Numbered from the stretch's first letter, positions 1 through 10,177 are shown. The stretch: 64,000 bases of DNA from a bacterium (GCA_038128225.1 JAYPJF010000001.1:94458-158457), one strand, 5' to 3'. Notes: generated from the letters alone by a model not told the origin. Made by a program: numbers and translations.

Positions 1-154
1 CTTTCGCATTCTCGATAAGAATGACATCGTATTCGCCGAAGCCCATGGGTGACCAACCGCCGTATTCGATCTTGACGATCTTTGCCGGAACACCATCGGG
101 CAACTCTCCTGGCGTTTTGAGAAACCTAGATGCAAGTGCAGGAACTTCGGTCAT
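1..154 (-). CDS. Hypothetical protein, 5' part only; the gene continues beyond the window start
   Basis: Minus-strand ATG at 154 with GGAG about 9 nt upstream. The frame stays open to position 1 (MTEVPALASRFLKTPGELPDGVPAKIVKIEYGGWSPMGFGEYDVILIENAK...). It is absent from the ORF track because no stop lies within the window. Confidence 0.35.
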   Translation of the reverse strand, partial: MTEVPALASRFLKTPGELPDGVPAKIVKIEYGGWSPMGFGEYDVILIENAK

Positions 155-364
155 GGGAGCGCTCCGTTCTCTTTCTAAGCTTGAGACTATCGGAATAGAC
201 AGTAATGAGCAAGTTCTAACCCCGACCGTTCCTCCTAATTTTACTGAGTCATCAACTCGCCAGAGGACCCTTTACTGCTTGGGGAGGGTCGGTTCTTGAC
301 CGACCCTCACCGCCAGGCCAAAGTTTGTGTAACGGACAATTAATGAGCATTTAAAATAATAAGT

Positions 365-796
365 ATGGCAACGATAAACCCCTACATTAACTTCAATGGA
401 AATGCCGAAGAAGCGTTTACGTTTTACAAATCTGTTTTCGGTGGAGAATTCGCTGGTATCACTCGTTTTAAAGACATGAGAAGTGCAGAGTTCGAAGTCG
501 CCGAAAATGAGGCCAATAAAATAATGCGCATTGCTCTGCCTATCGGCAAAAGCATTTTGATCGCAAATGACGTCCCCGAAGCAATGGGTCGCGTAAACGA
601 GAACGAGAACAGATCTAAGATAGCGGTTACTGCAGACAGCCAAGAAGAAGCATACAGGATTTTCAACGGTCTTTCAGCAGGCGGGACGGTTGAAATGCCC
701 TTAGCAGAAAGTCCTTGGGGTACCTACTTTGCAATGCTTAGAGATAAGTACGGTATCGAGTGGACCATAGAGTTTGACCAAGACAGAGCGAACTAA
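365..796 (+). CDS. VOC/glyoxalase-fold protein (PhnB/YjdN-like)
   Basis: 143 aa. Its length and composition resemble the PhnB-type 3-demethylubiquinone-9 methyltransferase-like/glyoxalase family. The ORF is clean; the 272..643 minus ORF that overlaps it is rejected. Confidence 0.5.
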   Translation: MATINPYINFNGNAEEAFTFYKSVFGGEFAGITRFKDMRSAEFEVAENEANKIMRIALPIGKSILIANDVPEAMGRVNENENRSKIAVTADSQEEAYRIFNGLSAGGTVEMPLAESPWGTYFAMLRDKYGIEWTIEFDQDRAN

Positions 797-882
797 AGTA
801 AGAGCCTACTTGAAGACCCGCGAGAACTCCCTGGTCCAAACAAAAGCCAGCTCTTACAACCGTCACCGCGTCAGTGACCTGA

Positions 883-3120
883 ATGAAATTGAGCCCTCTT
901 TTTAATGAGGGACCTCACCCCGGATTCAAGAAAATAAATAGTACACCAACGCGCTATAATCCCCCCATGCTGCCGGTAGATCCTATTGAAAAACATTTCC
1001 GCCTTACCCCCCAGCAGCAGGCGGCGCTTCGCCGCCTTGCAATCGAAACTGTTCACGATCTTCTCTACCATTTCCCTGTGCGCTACGAAAGCGTTAATGA
1101 ATCGAGCACTGTTTCCGCTCTTGCCGTGGGAAATAAAGTCACGCTCTACGGCACCCTCTCAGGACTCAAGGCAAAAAAACTTTGGAAAAGCCGCCGCCCT
1201 GCAACCGAAGGTTGGTTTGAAGACGCTTCAGGCAAAGTGAAAGTGATGTGGTTTAATCAGCCGTACATTGCACGCATGGCCCCTCAAGGCACCATGGTCA
1301 AACTTACCGGCTCAGTCTCGGGAGGCAGCAAACCATACATTACGAATCCAGAGGTCGAAGTGCTCACCGGCGAAATCCCTGATTCACTTTTTACATCCCC
1401 CACAGAAAAAGAAGACACTCCGGTAATTTTTCCTGTATACCCGGAAACCCAAGGCATCACGAGCCGATGGTTTTATCACGCATTCAAACGCGTACATGAT
1501 GGCGGCGTGCTTGAGCATCTTGAAGATCCGCTGCCGGAGTCATTACGCACCCGCTATCACCTCCCCGATATCCACTCCGCGCTCTTGGCGCTCCACGCCC
1601 CGCAAAGCACGCGCTCGGCAGAAGCAGCCCGAAAACGTTTTTCGTTCGAAGAAATCTTTGTGATCCAACTCCACAAACAACAAGAGCGCGCCCGCAATGC
1701 AACACAGCACGCGTTCGAGATTGATGTCGATGAAGCAAGAATCAAAAAATTCATAGCACTCCTCCCTTTCCCGCTCACTGGCGCACAAGAGCGCGCCGTG
1801 AAAGAGATCCTCACCGATTTTGAAAAACTTCACCCTATGGCACGTCTTCTCGAGGGCGATGTCGGGTCGGGAAAGACTGCGGTAGCCGCCATCACCGCAT
1901 ATGCAGCAGTAACATCTCGCCCGAAAGGAAGGGTTTCGGGAACACTCCAGGTAGCCTATATGGCCCCTACAGAGATTTTAGCGACGCAACACTTCCAGTC
2001 ATTTATCGAATTTTTCAAGGAATTGCCGATCAACATCGCGCTCATTACAGGAAGCGGGTGCTATAAGTATCCCTCAAAAATCGACCGAGAAAAACCCACC
2101 ACAATTTCGCGTTCCCAACTACTCAAATGGATTAAAAGCGGAGAAATTGCGATGCTTGTAGGGACGCACGCGCTGGTCCAAAAGACGGTCGCGTTCGAAC
2201 ACTTGGCGTACGTCATCGTCGATGAACAACATCGTTTTGGCACCGCACAGCGCCGCGCGCTCGCGCGCAAAGGTGATTCTGCACCACATTTTCTTTCGAT
2301 GAGCGCGACTCCTATTCCGCGTACGCTTGCCCTTACCATGTACGGCGATCTTGATCTTTCAGTACTCGACGAACTACCAAAAGGGCGCGCCGGTGTCACT
2401 ACCAAAATCATTTCAAAAGAAAAGCGCGCAAGTGCGTACGAAGCGATCCGTGAAGAGCTTAAGAAAGGCCGCCAGGCGTATGTAATCTGCCCGCGTATTG
2501 ACGAACCCGATCCAGAGAAAGCGCTCGCGTTAATAGCGAAGTCTGCAAAAGCTGAAGCAAAACGCCTTCAGCAAGACGTGTTCCCTGAGTTTTCGGTAGG
2601 GCTCATGCACGGCAAGCTCAAGCCGCAGGATAAAGATGCTGTTATGAAAGCGTTTTCCGAAGGTTCGACCAACGTACTCGTTTCCACATCAGTCGTAGAA
2701 GTGGGAGTGAACGTCCCGAATGCGACCGTTATCGCAATCGAGGGCGCTGAGCGATTTGGTCTTGCGCAGCTCCACCAGCTCCGCGGGCGTGTACTAAGAA
2801 GTTCGCACGAGGCTTTTTGTTTTTTGCTACCAGAAACCACGGGAGAATACTCTCGCGCACGGCTCCAGGCTCTTGAAAAAACACGCGACGGATTCGCGCT
2901 CGCGGAAGAAGACCTCAAGCTGCGTGGCGCAGGCGATTTGTATGGAGCAAATCAATGGGGTGTTTCTGACTTGGGCATGGACGCCTTAAAAAACCCTCGC
3001 CTTATTGAAGCTGCCCGAAATGCCGCGCAAGAAACTATTGCACACGATCCAGAACTCACGAAGCATCCGCTCCTCAAAACCGCGGTCGCCGGGCGTGTTC
3101 ACGAACTTCACGAAGAATGA
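883..3120 (+). CDS. recG: ATP-dependent DNA helicase RecG
   Basis: Walker A GDVGSGKTAVAA, DEQHRFG box, and the overall RecG architecture with an N-terminal wedge and helicase core. The true start may be a downstream Met (around 967). Confidence 0.85.
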   Translation: MKLSPLFNEGPHPGFKKINSTPTRYNPPMLPVDPIEKHFRLTPQQQAALRRLAIETVHDLLYHFPVRYESVNESSTVSALAVGNKVTLYGTLSGLKAKKLWKSRRPATEGWFEDASGKVKVMWFNQPYIARMAPQGTMVKLTGSVSGGSKPYITNPEVEVLTGEIPDSLFTSPTEKEDTPVIFPVYPETQGITSRWFYHAFKRVHDGGVLEHLEDPLPESLRTRYHLPDIHSALLALHAPQSTRSAEAARKRFSFEEIFVIQLHKQQERARNATQHAFEIDVDEARIKKFIALLPFPLTGAQERAVKEILTDFEKLHPMARLLEGDVGSGKTAVAAITAYAAVTSRPKGRVSGTLQVAYMAPTEILATQHFQSFIEFFKELPINIALITGSGCYKYPSKIDREKPTTISRSQLLKWIKSGEIAMLVGTHALVQKTVAFEHLAYVIVDEQHRFGTAQRRALARKGDSAPHFLSMSATPIPRTLALTMYGDLDLSVLDELPKGRAGVTTKIISKEKRASAYEAIREELKKGRQAYVICPRIDEPDPEKALALIAKSAKAEAKRLQQDVFPEFSVGLMHGKLKPQDKDAVMKAFSEGSTNVLVSTSVVEVGVNVPNATVIAIEGAERFGLAQLHQLRGRVLRSSHEAFCFLLPETTGEYSRARLQALEKTRDGFALAEEDLKLRGAGDLYGANQWGVSDLGMDALKNPRLIEAARNAAQETIAHDPELTKHPLLKTAVAGRVHELHEE

Positions 3121-4554
3121 CTAGTTGGAAATAACTACCGAGACACTTTCAAGATTCGAGTTCGAGGGAGAACCTGTTCGCAGCGAAACAATGTATGTGC
3201 CCGCTGATGCGTATGTGTGCGTGAACTCTTTAGTCGTAACCGCGGCAGAGCACGAACCTGCACTCTGAGAAACAGCGGAGGTCCCATCACCCCACTCCAA
3301 TTCATAGTAGCTGCATGGTGACGCAATCTGGAACGTGCTTCGCATTTTGCGCGGATTATTATCAACACCAGGAACGAGTGTGAATTGCGTGTCTACCGTT
3401 GGCTGCTGTGCTGTGCCCGAGGTAGTAATTACCTGCGTCTGCGCAAGCTGCGCCTGTCCGGCACTTACCTGCTGTGCCGTCCCGCGGTATAAAGATGCAC
3501 TGAAAGATCCTCCATACTCATACCGGTGCGTTACTGAATACGTGCGCGGGGCACAAGAACCCGAATTGTAATAAAGTTCGGCATGCGTTCCGTCACCAAA
3601 AGCTAGTGTGTACGTCCCCCCCGCGCACTGTGAATCTTGGTTGATGGTCGCGCTGAATTGCGCAGTGAACGGTGCGTTGCCGCTCGCGTCTGCAACCGAG
3701 AGCGTACCGTACGCTGTTGGCGAAGGTAGTATTGGCGTTGGTGTAGGCTGAGTTGTTTGTCCGGTACCGACATTTATTACAATCGAGGAAGTGCGTGTTC
3801 CTGTTGAAATAGTAACTGGGTAGACACCAGGTACCGGATATGTGTGCACGTATGATTGCGTTAATTCATTACAGTACCCTGCCCCCACCGGTAAAATCAC
3901 GAGCGGCGATCCGTCCCCGTAATTTATAGTGTACGTAGCAGCTTGGCATGATTTAACAGTATTCGCGGTTGCGGTAATAGTTACCGTAAGAGGAGCAGGC
4001 CCAGAAACAGGCGAGGCTTTAAGGTATGCGCCTACTTGTCCTCCTGTTTGGTACCCGTATTGGTAAGCCGATTGGACAACACATCCTTCTGCAAGCGCCT
4101 TCTGTGTACGCGGACCAACGCATCCATACCATTCCCCTACCCATCCTGGCGGCGCATTAATACCGCAGGCTTTTTGAAAACTAGTAACCGCCGCTATAGT
4201 TAGAGGGCCGAACGTTCCAGAAACAACCCCCTCCGGGTAAATGTTCTTATCCTGCGCGAGAAACCGTTGCAGAGCCGCAACTTTCTCACCAGTTGCGCCT
4301 TCGTGTATGTGCTCTCCAAGAAACAGTCCTCCACTAAAAATAGAGCTGCCAGAAACACTGCCTGAAGGTAGCGTCGTTGGCGCAACAGGAGTGGTGACTG
4401 ACCCTGGAATGCTTGTTAGCTCTGCTTGAAGTGCTTGAATGCGCGCAAGAAGTGCCGAAACTTGTTGTTGTAGTTCAGTGAGGCTTTGTGCAGAGCTGAG
4501 CCATGGTACGGAAACAAGCACCGCAAGAGACAGAACGGCAAGGTATCTTTTCAT
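3121..4554 (-). CDS. Secreted protein: signal peptide, coiled coil, peptidoglycan-binding-like domain, and three PKD-like repeats
   Basis: The start is refined to the internal Met (MKRYLAVLSLAVLVSVPWLSSAQS, a signal peptide). The 4662 start would overlap the tRNA. Coiled coil LTELQQQVSALLARIQALQAEL. PGBD-like motif GEKVAALQRFLAQDKNIYPEGVVSGTFGPLTIAAVTSFQ. Three repeats carry (Y/F/W)GDG(S/T)...HTY, a PKD-like signature. Confidence 0.7.
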   Translation of the reverse strand: MKRYLAVLSLAVLVSVPWLSSAQSLTELQQQVSALLARIQALQAELTSIPGSVTTPVAPTTLPSGSVSGSSIFSGGLFLGEHIHEGATGEKVAALQRFLAQDKNIYPEGVVSGTFGPLTIAAVTSFQKACGINAPPGWVGEWYGCVGPRTQKALAEGCVVQSAYQYGYQTGGQVGAYLKASPVSGPAPLTVTITATANTVKSCQAATYTINYGDGSPLVILPVGAGYCNELTQSYVHTYPVPGVYPVTISTGTRTSSIVINVGTGQTTQPTPTPILPSPTAYGTLSVADASGNAPFTAQFSATINQDSQCAGGTYTLAFGDGTHAELYYNSGSCAPRTYSVTHRYEYGGSFSASLYRGTAQQVSAGQAQLAQTQVITTSGTAQQPTVDTQFTLVPGVDNNPRKMRSTFQIASPCSYYELEWGDGTSAVSQSAGSCSAAVTTKEFTHTYASAGTYIVSLRTGSPSNSNLESVSVVISN

Positions 4555-4603
4555 ACACGCATTGTCGCATGCTCTCTGCGTGCGACAAGATGAAATCCAC
4601 TTG

Positions 4604-4676
4604 TCCGCCCCCCTGGACTCGAACCAGGAACCGCAGAGGTATAAGCTCTGTGCTCTAACCATTAAGCTAGGGGCGG
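4604..4676 (-). tRNA. tRNA-Ile, anticodon UAU (decodes AUA)
   Basis: Cloverleaf read by hand on the minus strand. Acceptor CCGCCCC/GGGGCGG (7 bp), U8, D-stem GCTT/GAGC with a GG D-loop. Anticodon stem CAGAG/CTCTG with loop CTTATAC. Variable loop of 5 nt. T-arm CCTGG-TTCGAGT-CCAGG. Discriminator A. CCA is not encoded. Confidence 0.8.
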
Positions 4677-4779
4677 AGCTACCAAAAGATTTCGGTAGTT
4701 TCCTTATCCTACGCTACATGGCACACCTTGCAATCAAGGCTCGGCAACGGGTATAGTCCTCAAGGACAAAAGGAGAAGG

Positions 4780-5679
4780 TTGATGAACACCAATGAGCTT
4801 CGAATTATGAATGCCGCAGGGTGGTGTAAGGATATAGCCACGGTGCAAAAATTGCTTCGTACACCAATAACGGAGGTCACCGTCGGTTCAATCACCCTTA
4901 AAAAGAGGGCCGGAAATGAAGGCACGGTTTTTTGGGAATCGCCCGATGGATCCTATGCGCTTAACTCGCTCGGGCTTCCAAACCCCGGGCTCGATACGTT
5001 TCTCACCATACTTCCTGAGATGCGTGCAGTCACCCACGATACTGGGAAAGGTCTACGTGTAAGCATTGCGGGGTTTGACCCCGATGAGTACAGTGTACTT
5101 GTATGGGGCATCCATCCATTTGTTGACACCCTCGAGTTTAATTTTGGATGTCCTAATGTATGGGGCTCTGACGGCCAGAAAGTAATTGCGTCAAACGAGC
5201 CTGAATTGATGGAGAACATTTTAACCACGGCGGTGGGCAAACTGGACTCTAAACTCGCTCGCCCTCGACTTGCAATCAAACTCTCAATGTATAGTGACCC
5301 GCGAATGATCGGCTCGATTATCAAAATGTTGAGTGGCGCATTGAGAAATGAGATTCAGGAAGTTGTGACGTGTAATACCTTTCCTAATGGGTACGGCTTC
5401 GATGCAAGAGGTAAACCGGCGATAACCCCCGCCTGCGGATTCGCCGGTCTCAGTGGGCCGGCGCTTAAAGGTATCGCGCTTGGACAGGTGTGCATGTTTG
5501 CAAACGGCCTGCAGCACCTTGGCATCGATGTTATCGGTGTCGGTGGCATCTCTTCCGGAGAGGACATTCGCAACATGTACCTCGCCGGAGCAAAAGGGGT
5601 CCAGATCGGTACTCACCACTCCACTCATGGAGAGAAAGTGTTCCAGGAAGCGGTGAGCGAATATATTCACCTCGAGTAA
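4780..5679 (+). CDS. pyrD: Dihydroorotate dehydrogenase, class 1-like
   Basis: Class 1 DHODH motifs: NSLGLPNPG, FNFGCPNV (catalytic Cys-Pro-Asn), GVGGISSGED, GAKGVQIGT. Clear similarity to L. lactis PyrDa. Confidence 0.7.
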   Translation: MMNTNELRIMNAAGWCKDIATVQKLLRTPITEVTVGSITLKKRAGNEGTVFWESPDGSYALNSLGLPNPGLDTFLTILPEMRAVTHDTGKGLRVSIAGFDPDEYSVLVWGIHPFVDTLEFNFGCPNVWGSDGQKVIASNEPELMENILTTAVGKLDSKLARPRLAIKLSMYSDPRMIGSIIKMLSGALRNEIQEVVTCNTFPNGYGFDARGKPAITPACGFAGLSGPALKGIALGQVCMFANGLQHLGIDVIGVGGISSGEDIRNMYLAGAKGVQIGTHHSTHGEKVFQEAVSEYIHLE

Positions 5680-5682
5680 ATT

Positions 5683-5714
5683 GTGGCGGCGCTTTAGCGC
5701 CGCCGTTTCCTTTT
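5683..5714 (+). terminator. Rho-independent terminator after pyrD
   Basis: GGCGGCGC-ttta-GCGCCGCC hairpin followed by GTTTCCTTTT. Confidence 0.6.
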
Positions 5715-5770
5715 ACACTTTCTTTGCTATGCTCGTGTGGGCCTGTCCCTTAACTTACCTGGAGGTTTGA

Positions 5771-6838
5771 ATGGTCATCCTTCACTACGCACCGTTTGAC
5801 GCGCATGTTCACTTCAGGCGCGCCCACCTGCTTAAAGCAGTTGCTCCTTATACAGCCCGACAGTGCTGGGGCGCAGTGGTCATGCCAAACACAGCGCCAC
5901 ACATACTCACACCCGAAGATGCGAGACGCTACAAAATCGACGTAGCAGCCTCTCTCGGCGAGCGTTTCTTCCCGGTCATGACCGGATATCTTACACCGCA
6001 AACAACACCAGAGGATGTTGAGTGCGGTTTCAAAGGCCGAGTATGGTATGCGATGAAAGCATACCCGCCTGGCGCAACGACGCACTCAGCGGAAGGAGTC
6101 GCTGGCAGAGCGCTCCTACACCATCCAGCGCTCCCTGTCATGCAAGAACTTGGCATGCCACTTCTGTTGCATGGCGAAGTGAATTTCGATGGTGTTGAAG
6201 TTGACCCGTATGATCGCGAAGCTGTATTCATAGATGAAGTGCTGGGAGAATTGTTGACACGGTATCCACGCCTCAAGATCTCTCTCGAACACATAACAAC
6301 TGAGTACGCTGCAACGTTCATACAGAAACATGGTTCGGATCGCCTAGTCTGCACGATTACCGCGCATCACCTCCTCCTAGATCGACGTGATTTTTTTCGA
6401 GGCGGGCCAAATCCGCATCTGCATTGCTGGCCCGTTCTCAAGAGGAGTGGTGACCGCGAAGCGTTACGAGCGCTTGTTGCTCGCAACACATCGTTTGTCA
6501 TTGCCGGTTCTGATTCAGCACCACACCCAACGACCTCAAAAGAGCGTGCATGCGGATGCGCCGGTGGCGTGTTCACTGCCCATGCGCTTGTTCCGTTGTA
6601 CACGCAAATACTCGAGGAAATCGGCGCACTTGACGCGCTCGAGAATTTCCTGTGCCTCAATGGACCACGCTTCTTTAGCATCTCTCCAAAGCGCGCGCAC
6701 ATGGTCCTTCGGCAATCACCATGGACCATGAATACCTGCATCCCTGTGGGAGATGGAAGTGTCGTGCGTCCGTTTGGGTATCATGAAAACCCAGAAGAGC
6801 GCTTCCAGTTTTCGTGGAGAATCTCCGAATTCGTATGA
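5771..6838 (+). CDS. pyrC: Dihydroorotase (class II, E. coli PyrC-type)
   Basis: Aligns along its length with E. coli PyrC (DAHVHFR, VMPNTAP, LLLHGE, RPHLHCWPVLKR, GSDSAPH, ACGCAG). Shine-Dalgarno GGAGG 7 nt upstream. Confidence 0.85.
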   Translation: MVILHYAPFDAHVHFRRAHLLKAVAPYTARQCWGAVVMPNTAPHILTPEDARRYKIDVAASLGERFFPVMTGYLTPQTTPEDVECGFKGRVWYAMKAYPPGATTHSAEGVAGRALLHHPALPVMQELGMPLLLHGEVNFDGVEVDPYDREAVFIDEVLGELLTRYPRLKISLEHITTEYAATFIQKHGSDRLVCTITAHHLLLDRRDFFRGGPNPHLHCWPVLKRSGDREALRALVARNTSFVIAGSDSAPHPTTSKERACGCAGGVFTAHALVPLYTQILEEIGALDALENFLCLNGPRFFSISPKRAHMVLRQSPWTMNTCIPVGDGSVVRPFGYHENPEERFQFSWRISEFV

Positions 6839-6842
6839 GCAA

Positions 6843-6878
6843 AAGCCGCGGCAAAGACTGCCGCGGCTTCCCTGTTTC
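6843..6878 (+). terminator. Rho-independent terminator after pyrC
   Basis: AAGCCGCGGCA-aagac-TGCCGCGGCTT hairpin followed by CCCTGTTTCT. Confidence 0.55.
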
Positions 6879-6939
6879 TATCCACCCTCGGCTTGTCTAC
6901 TTATGTGGTTTACTATAGTACTCAGAAAAGGAGCGTTAA

Positions 6940-7206
6940 ATGCGAATCAAATCAAAACGCGCACTGCATTGCCCATCCACAGGCCAAAAATGCATATACG
7001 ACACAGTGATTTTTGAGCGCGAAATCACTATTAAAACGCACCCAGACGGAAGCGTGAAAGCGACCGTGTGCATGCATGCGTGCGCCGAACGCTGGGCCGA
7101 AACAAAAGGTCGTGTGATGGTGAGCGAATACCTGACATCGAAAAGAGGCAGGAAGCGCCGAACCCGGCGCACTATCATCGTACGCCACACTTTTTCGGAA
7201 ACTTGA
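6940..7206 (+). CDS. Hypothetical small protein (88 aa), Cys-containing, basic C-terminus
   Basis: AAAGGAG Shine-Dalgarno 7 nt upstream, a TATAGT-like -10 upstream, and an intrinsic terminator directly downstream. Confidence 0.5.
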   Translation: MRIKSKRALHCPSTGQKCIYDTVIFEREITIKTHPDGSVKATVCMHACAERWAETKGRVMVSEYLTSKRGRKRRTRRTIIVRHTFSET

Positions 7207-7212
7207 AGAATA

Positions 7213-7240
7213 CAAGAGCCCATGCGGGCTCTTGTTTTTA
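7213..7240 (+). terminator. Intrinsic terminator shared by the small ORF (+) and the 3' end of ftsH (-)
   Basis: CAAGAGCCC-atgc-GGGCTCTTG hairpin followed by TTTTTA. The ftsH stop codon lies within the T-tract. Confidence 0.65.
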
Positions 7241-9163
7241 TGCGATCGGCTGATGTTCGATATCCTGTTTCTTCTTCGGTTGAATTCCATTTTGAATCAG
7301 AATCGCTTCGAAATCACCCCGCTCGATAGTTTCTTTTTCAATTAGCGCTTTCGCTATCGCTTCCAAAACTGCGCGATATTTTGTTATTGCTTCTTCCGCT
7401 TTTTTGTATGCTCCGTCGACAATCCGTCGCACCTCAGCATCAATTTTCGACGCCACTTCTTCCGAGTACTCTTTCCCGTCAATACCTACACCCCCAAATA
7501 ACGGTCGCCCTCCATTTGACTCAAGCGCGATAGGCCCCATTTCCTCGGACATACCAAATCGCACCACCATGTCACGCGCAAGCCCAGTGAGCACTTGCAA
7601 ATCATTCGAAGCGCCTGTCGTAAGATCACCAAATACAAGTTTTTCTGCAATGTACCCTCCGAGCGATACGGCGATGTCATCGAGGAACTCTTTCCTCGAT
7701 TGCATTTTCCGATCTTCGAGCGGGAGTTTGAGCGTGTACCCTGCTGCGCGCCCGCGGGAAATGATCGAGACTTTATGCACCGGATCCGCGTACGGCAAAA
7801 GCGAAGCCACAAGCGCGTGCCCCGCTTCATGGTACGCCGTGATTTCTTTTTCTTTTTTATTCAAAACGTGACTACGTCGTTCAGGGCCGAGCATTACTTT
7901 CTCGATCGAGCGCAACAGATCGTACTGAGTGATTTCTCTCCGGTCCTCCCGCGCCGCAAGAATTGCTGCTTCGTTCATGAGATTTGCAAGATCCGCACCA
8001 GAAAACCCAGGCGTGCGCTCCGCGATTACCGTAAGATTTACATCGGAATGAAGTGGTTTCTTACGCGCGTGAATTCCTAAAATTGCTTCGCGATCCTCGC
8101 GATCAGGTAAGTCAATCACCACGCGGCGGTCGAATCGCCCCGGGCGCAGAAGCGCCGGGTCGAGTACATCCGGGCGGTTCGTTGCCGCCATCACAATCAC
8201 TTTTTCGCTTGGTTCAAACCCATCAAGCTCAACGAGAATCTGGTTGAGTGTTTGCTCACGCTCATCGTTTCCGCCACCCACGCCCGTGCCACGCACACGT
8301 CCAACTGCATCAATTTCGTCAATAAACACAATCGCCGGCGCACCTTTTTTAGCAATCTTGAAAAGATCTCGTACGCGCGATGCTCCTACTCCCACAAACA
8401 TTTCCACAAACTCCGATCCTGAAATCGAAAAGAACGGCACTCCTGCTTCGCCTGCTACCGCGCGCGCTAAAAGTGTTTTTCCAGTACCTGGACCACCCAT
8501 AAGCATCACACCTTTTGGAATGCGCGCTCCGATTGCCAGAAATTTCTTTGGGTTTTTAAGAAAGTCCACGATTTCCGTGAGTTCTTCCTTTGCTTCTTTT
8601 GCACCTGCAACATCTTTAAAAGTCACCTGCGACTTATCATCGGGGGTTACCATACGCGCGCGCGACTGACCAAAAGAAAATGCTTGCATCCCCGCACCAC
8701 GCACTTGCCGTGTTAAGTACCAAATGAGACCAAACAATAAAAGGATCGGCAAAAAGATCGGAGCGAGCGTCAAGAACCAAAAACGAAACCCTGTCTCATC
8801 TTTCACTTCAATTTTCACTTGCCCAAGCGCTTCAATGGTCACGCCATAGTTAACCAATGTTTCGGTAAGAGAAACTTCTGCTTCTTTGCGCGACTGTTTC
8901 TTTGATTCATCGACATACGCGATTTCGATCTGATCTCCTCGCACCGTGAGTGAGGCAACCGTACCTGTGCCTATGTCAGCCGCAACTTGCGACAGAGGGA
9001 TTTCCTCCGCCTTACTGAAATAGTCACGAACAAACCCGTATACAGACAAAAGTACTAGGAAAATGGCTACTGTAGAAATAACTTGTATCCAAAAGTTTGG
9101 TTCTTGCTGTTGGCTTTGTTGTTGATTTTTCTTCTTATGTGAGGGCTTCTCAAGATGAGGCAT
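7238..9163 (-). CDS. ftsH: ATP-dependent zinc metalloprotease FtsH
   Basis: N-terminal transmembrane region, AAA module [23 protein letters not shown], zinc site HEAGHAL. 641 aa. Confidence 0.92.
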   Translation of the reverse strand: MPHLEKPSHKKKNQQQSQQQEPNFWIQVISTVAIFLVLLSVYGFVRDYFSKAEEIPLSQVAADIGTGTVASLTVRGDQIEIAYVDESKKQSRKEAEVSLTETLVNYGVTIEALGQVKIEVKDETGFRFWFLTLAPIFLPILLLFGLIWYLTRQVRGAGMQAFSFGQSRARMVTPDDKSQVTFKDVAGAKEAKEELTEIVDFLKNPKKFLAIGARIPKGVMLMGGPGTGKTLLARAVAGEAGVPFFSISGSEFVEMFVGVGASRVRDLFKIAKKGAPAIVFIDEIDAVGRVRGTGVGGGNDEREQTLNQILVELDGFEPSEKVIVMAATNRPDVLDPALLRPGRFDRRVVIDLPDREDREAILGIHARKKPLHSDVNLTVIAERTPGFSGADLANLMNEAAILAAREDRREITQYDLLRSIEKVMLGPERRSHVLNKKEKEITAYHEAGHALVASLLPYADPVHKVSIISRGRAAGYTLKLPLEDRKMQSRKEFLDDIAVSLGGYIAEKLVFGDLTTGASNDLQVLTGLARDMVVRFGMSEEMGPIALESNGGRPLFGGVGIDGKEYSEEVASKIDAEVRRIVDGAYKKAEEAITKYRAVLEAIAKALIEKETIERGDFEAILIQNGIQPKKKQDIEHQPIA

Positions 9164-9169
9164 GGCGGC

Positions 9170-9197
9170 AATTATACGCAGATCTTGACTCTTTGCA
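9170..9197 (-). promoter_or_regulatory. Sigma70-like promoter placing the ftsH transcription start at or near its ATG (leaderless)
   Basis: Minus strand: TTGCAA, 16 nt, TATAAT, tgccgcc, ATG. There is no Shine-Dalgarno sequence. Confidence 0.5.
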
Positions 9198-9216
9198 AAA
9201 AAAGACGCGGATTCGA
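9188..9216 (-). terminator. Intrinsic terminator after the patatin-like gene
   Basis: GACGCGGATT-cg-AATCCGCGTC hairpin followed by TTTTTTT on the minus strand. Confidence 0.65.
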
Positions 9217-9223
9217 ATCCGCG

Positions 9224-10177
9224 TCAAATTTCCCGTACCGGGCGCGCTTCTGCAAGTAGCTGCTGCATGAATCGTCGCGCCTCATTCCATCCTTCTCTCA
9301 TTATCGGAAGCGTGTTCCCTTCAAAAGTGAGCCGCGCATCTCCTATCGTGGGAGTGATGCGACACACACGAATGCGTTTCGCTTCAGCTGCACGATCCGC
9401 TTCATGCGCAAATCGCACATCCATCAGTGCCGTGTTCCTACGTAACAGTCGCGTCTCGCGCAAGAGCCACCCACGCGCAATCATGCTCCAGATTTTCTTG
9501 TACACCCATGAACTGTACTTCGGATGTATTTGACTCGAAAGCGCAAGCACGTCAGTTGGCCGGAACTTTTTCATCCCCTCGATAATCGGAAACGGTGTCG
9601 CGCACGCACCATCAACCATTTCCTTGCCATTGAGTTTGTACTGTGCGTCGGAGATATTTGGCCCGGCCATCGTTGCGCATGCAAGCGACACGACACCTGG
9701 TGGTTCGCGCGCATCTGCAAAATGGAGCGCGCCCGTTGACCGTTCGGTGAGGGCAATCCATAGTGCCGTACGATGTGCGGCAATGAGATCTTGCCCAAGC
9801 CACAATGGTGCAATCGCCCCATTAAGCACTGACTCAAGGTACGAGAGACGGATGCGTATCCGCGGAAGTCTCCCGCTCACAAACTTCGCTTTTGGCTCAG
9901 CAAGATGCTCAAACACCAAGTGCACCCGATGCGCTATCTTGCACAAATACGCCCCAAATGGGCCCGCACTCCCCGAAACCGCAAGCATCCAATCGAATGG
10001 TTCGGTGAGACCTTCGTCTTGTAGCGCGGTTAGATATCCTGCAATGCGCACCGACTTCATGCCGCCTGATGACCCTACACATAAGATGCGGTGCGGCGGC
10101 TTCTGCTTAAGCTCGATGGCTCGCTGATTTTCATAGAGGTGCCGAAGCACCAGGACATTTCCCTTGAGCTTCATCAT
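9224..10177 (-). CDS. Patatin-like phospholipase family protein
   Basis: Glycine-rich oxyanion motif CVGSSGGMKSVRIAGYL, GxSxG nucleophile elbow (VSGSAG), and a downstream DGA motif. Confidence 0.55.
   Translation of the reverse strand: MMKLKGNVLVLRHLYENQRAIELKQKPPHRILCVGSSGGMKSVRIAGYLTALQDEGLTEPFDWMLAVSGSAGPFGAYLCKIAHRVHLVFEHLAEPKAKFVSGRLPRIRIRLSYLESVLNGAIAPLWLGQDLIAAHRTALWIALTERSTGALHFADAREPPGVVSLACATMAGPNISDAQYKLNGKEMVDGACATPFPIIEGMKKFRPTDVLALSSQIHPKYSSWVYKKIWSMIARGWLLRETRLLRRNTALMDVRFAHEADRAAEAKRIRVCRITPTIGDARLTFEGNTLPIMREGWNEARRFMQQLLAEARPVREI

Noticed and set aside
21-299. 92-aa plus-strand ORF at the window start
   Set aside because: The same region reads as a convincing minus-strand gene start (ATG at 154 with Shine-Dalgarno) running off the edge. 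The plus ORF has no Shine-Dalgarno sequence and an odd composition.
272-643. 123-aa minus-strand ORF
   Set aside because: Overlaps the VOC-family gene (365..796) on the opposite strand and has no supporting signals.
3121-4662. 513-aa version of the secreted PKD protein
   Set aside because: The extended N-terminus would run through the tRNA-Ile gene. The internal Met gives a canonical signal peptide.
7404-8669. Plus-strand ORFs (155, 161, 141 aa) within ftsH
   Set aside because: Antisense to ftsH; no independent support.
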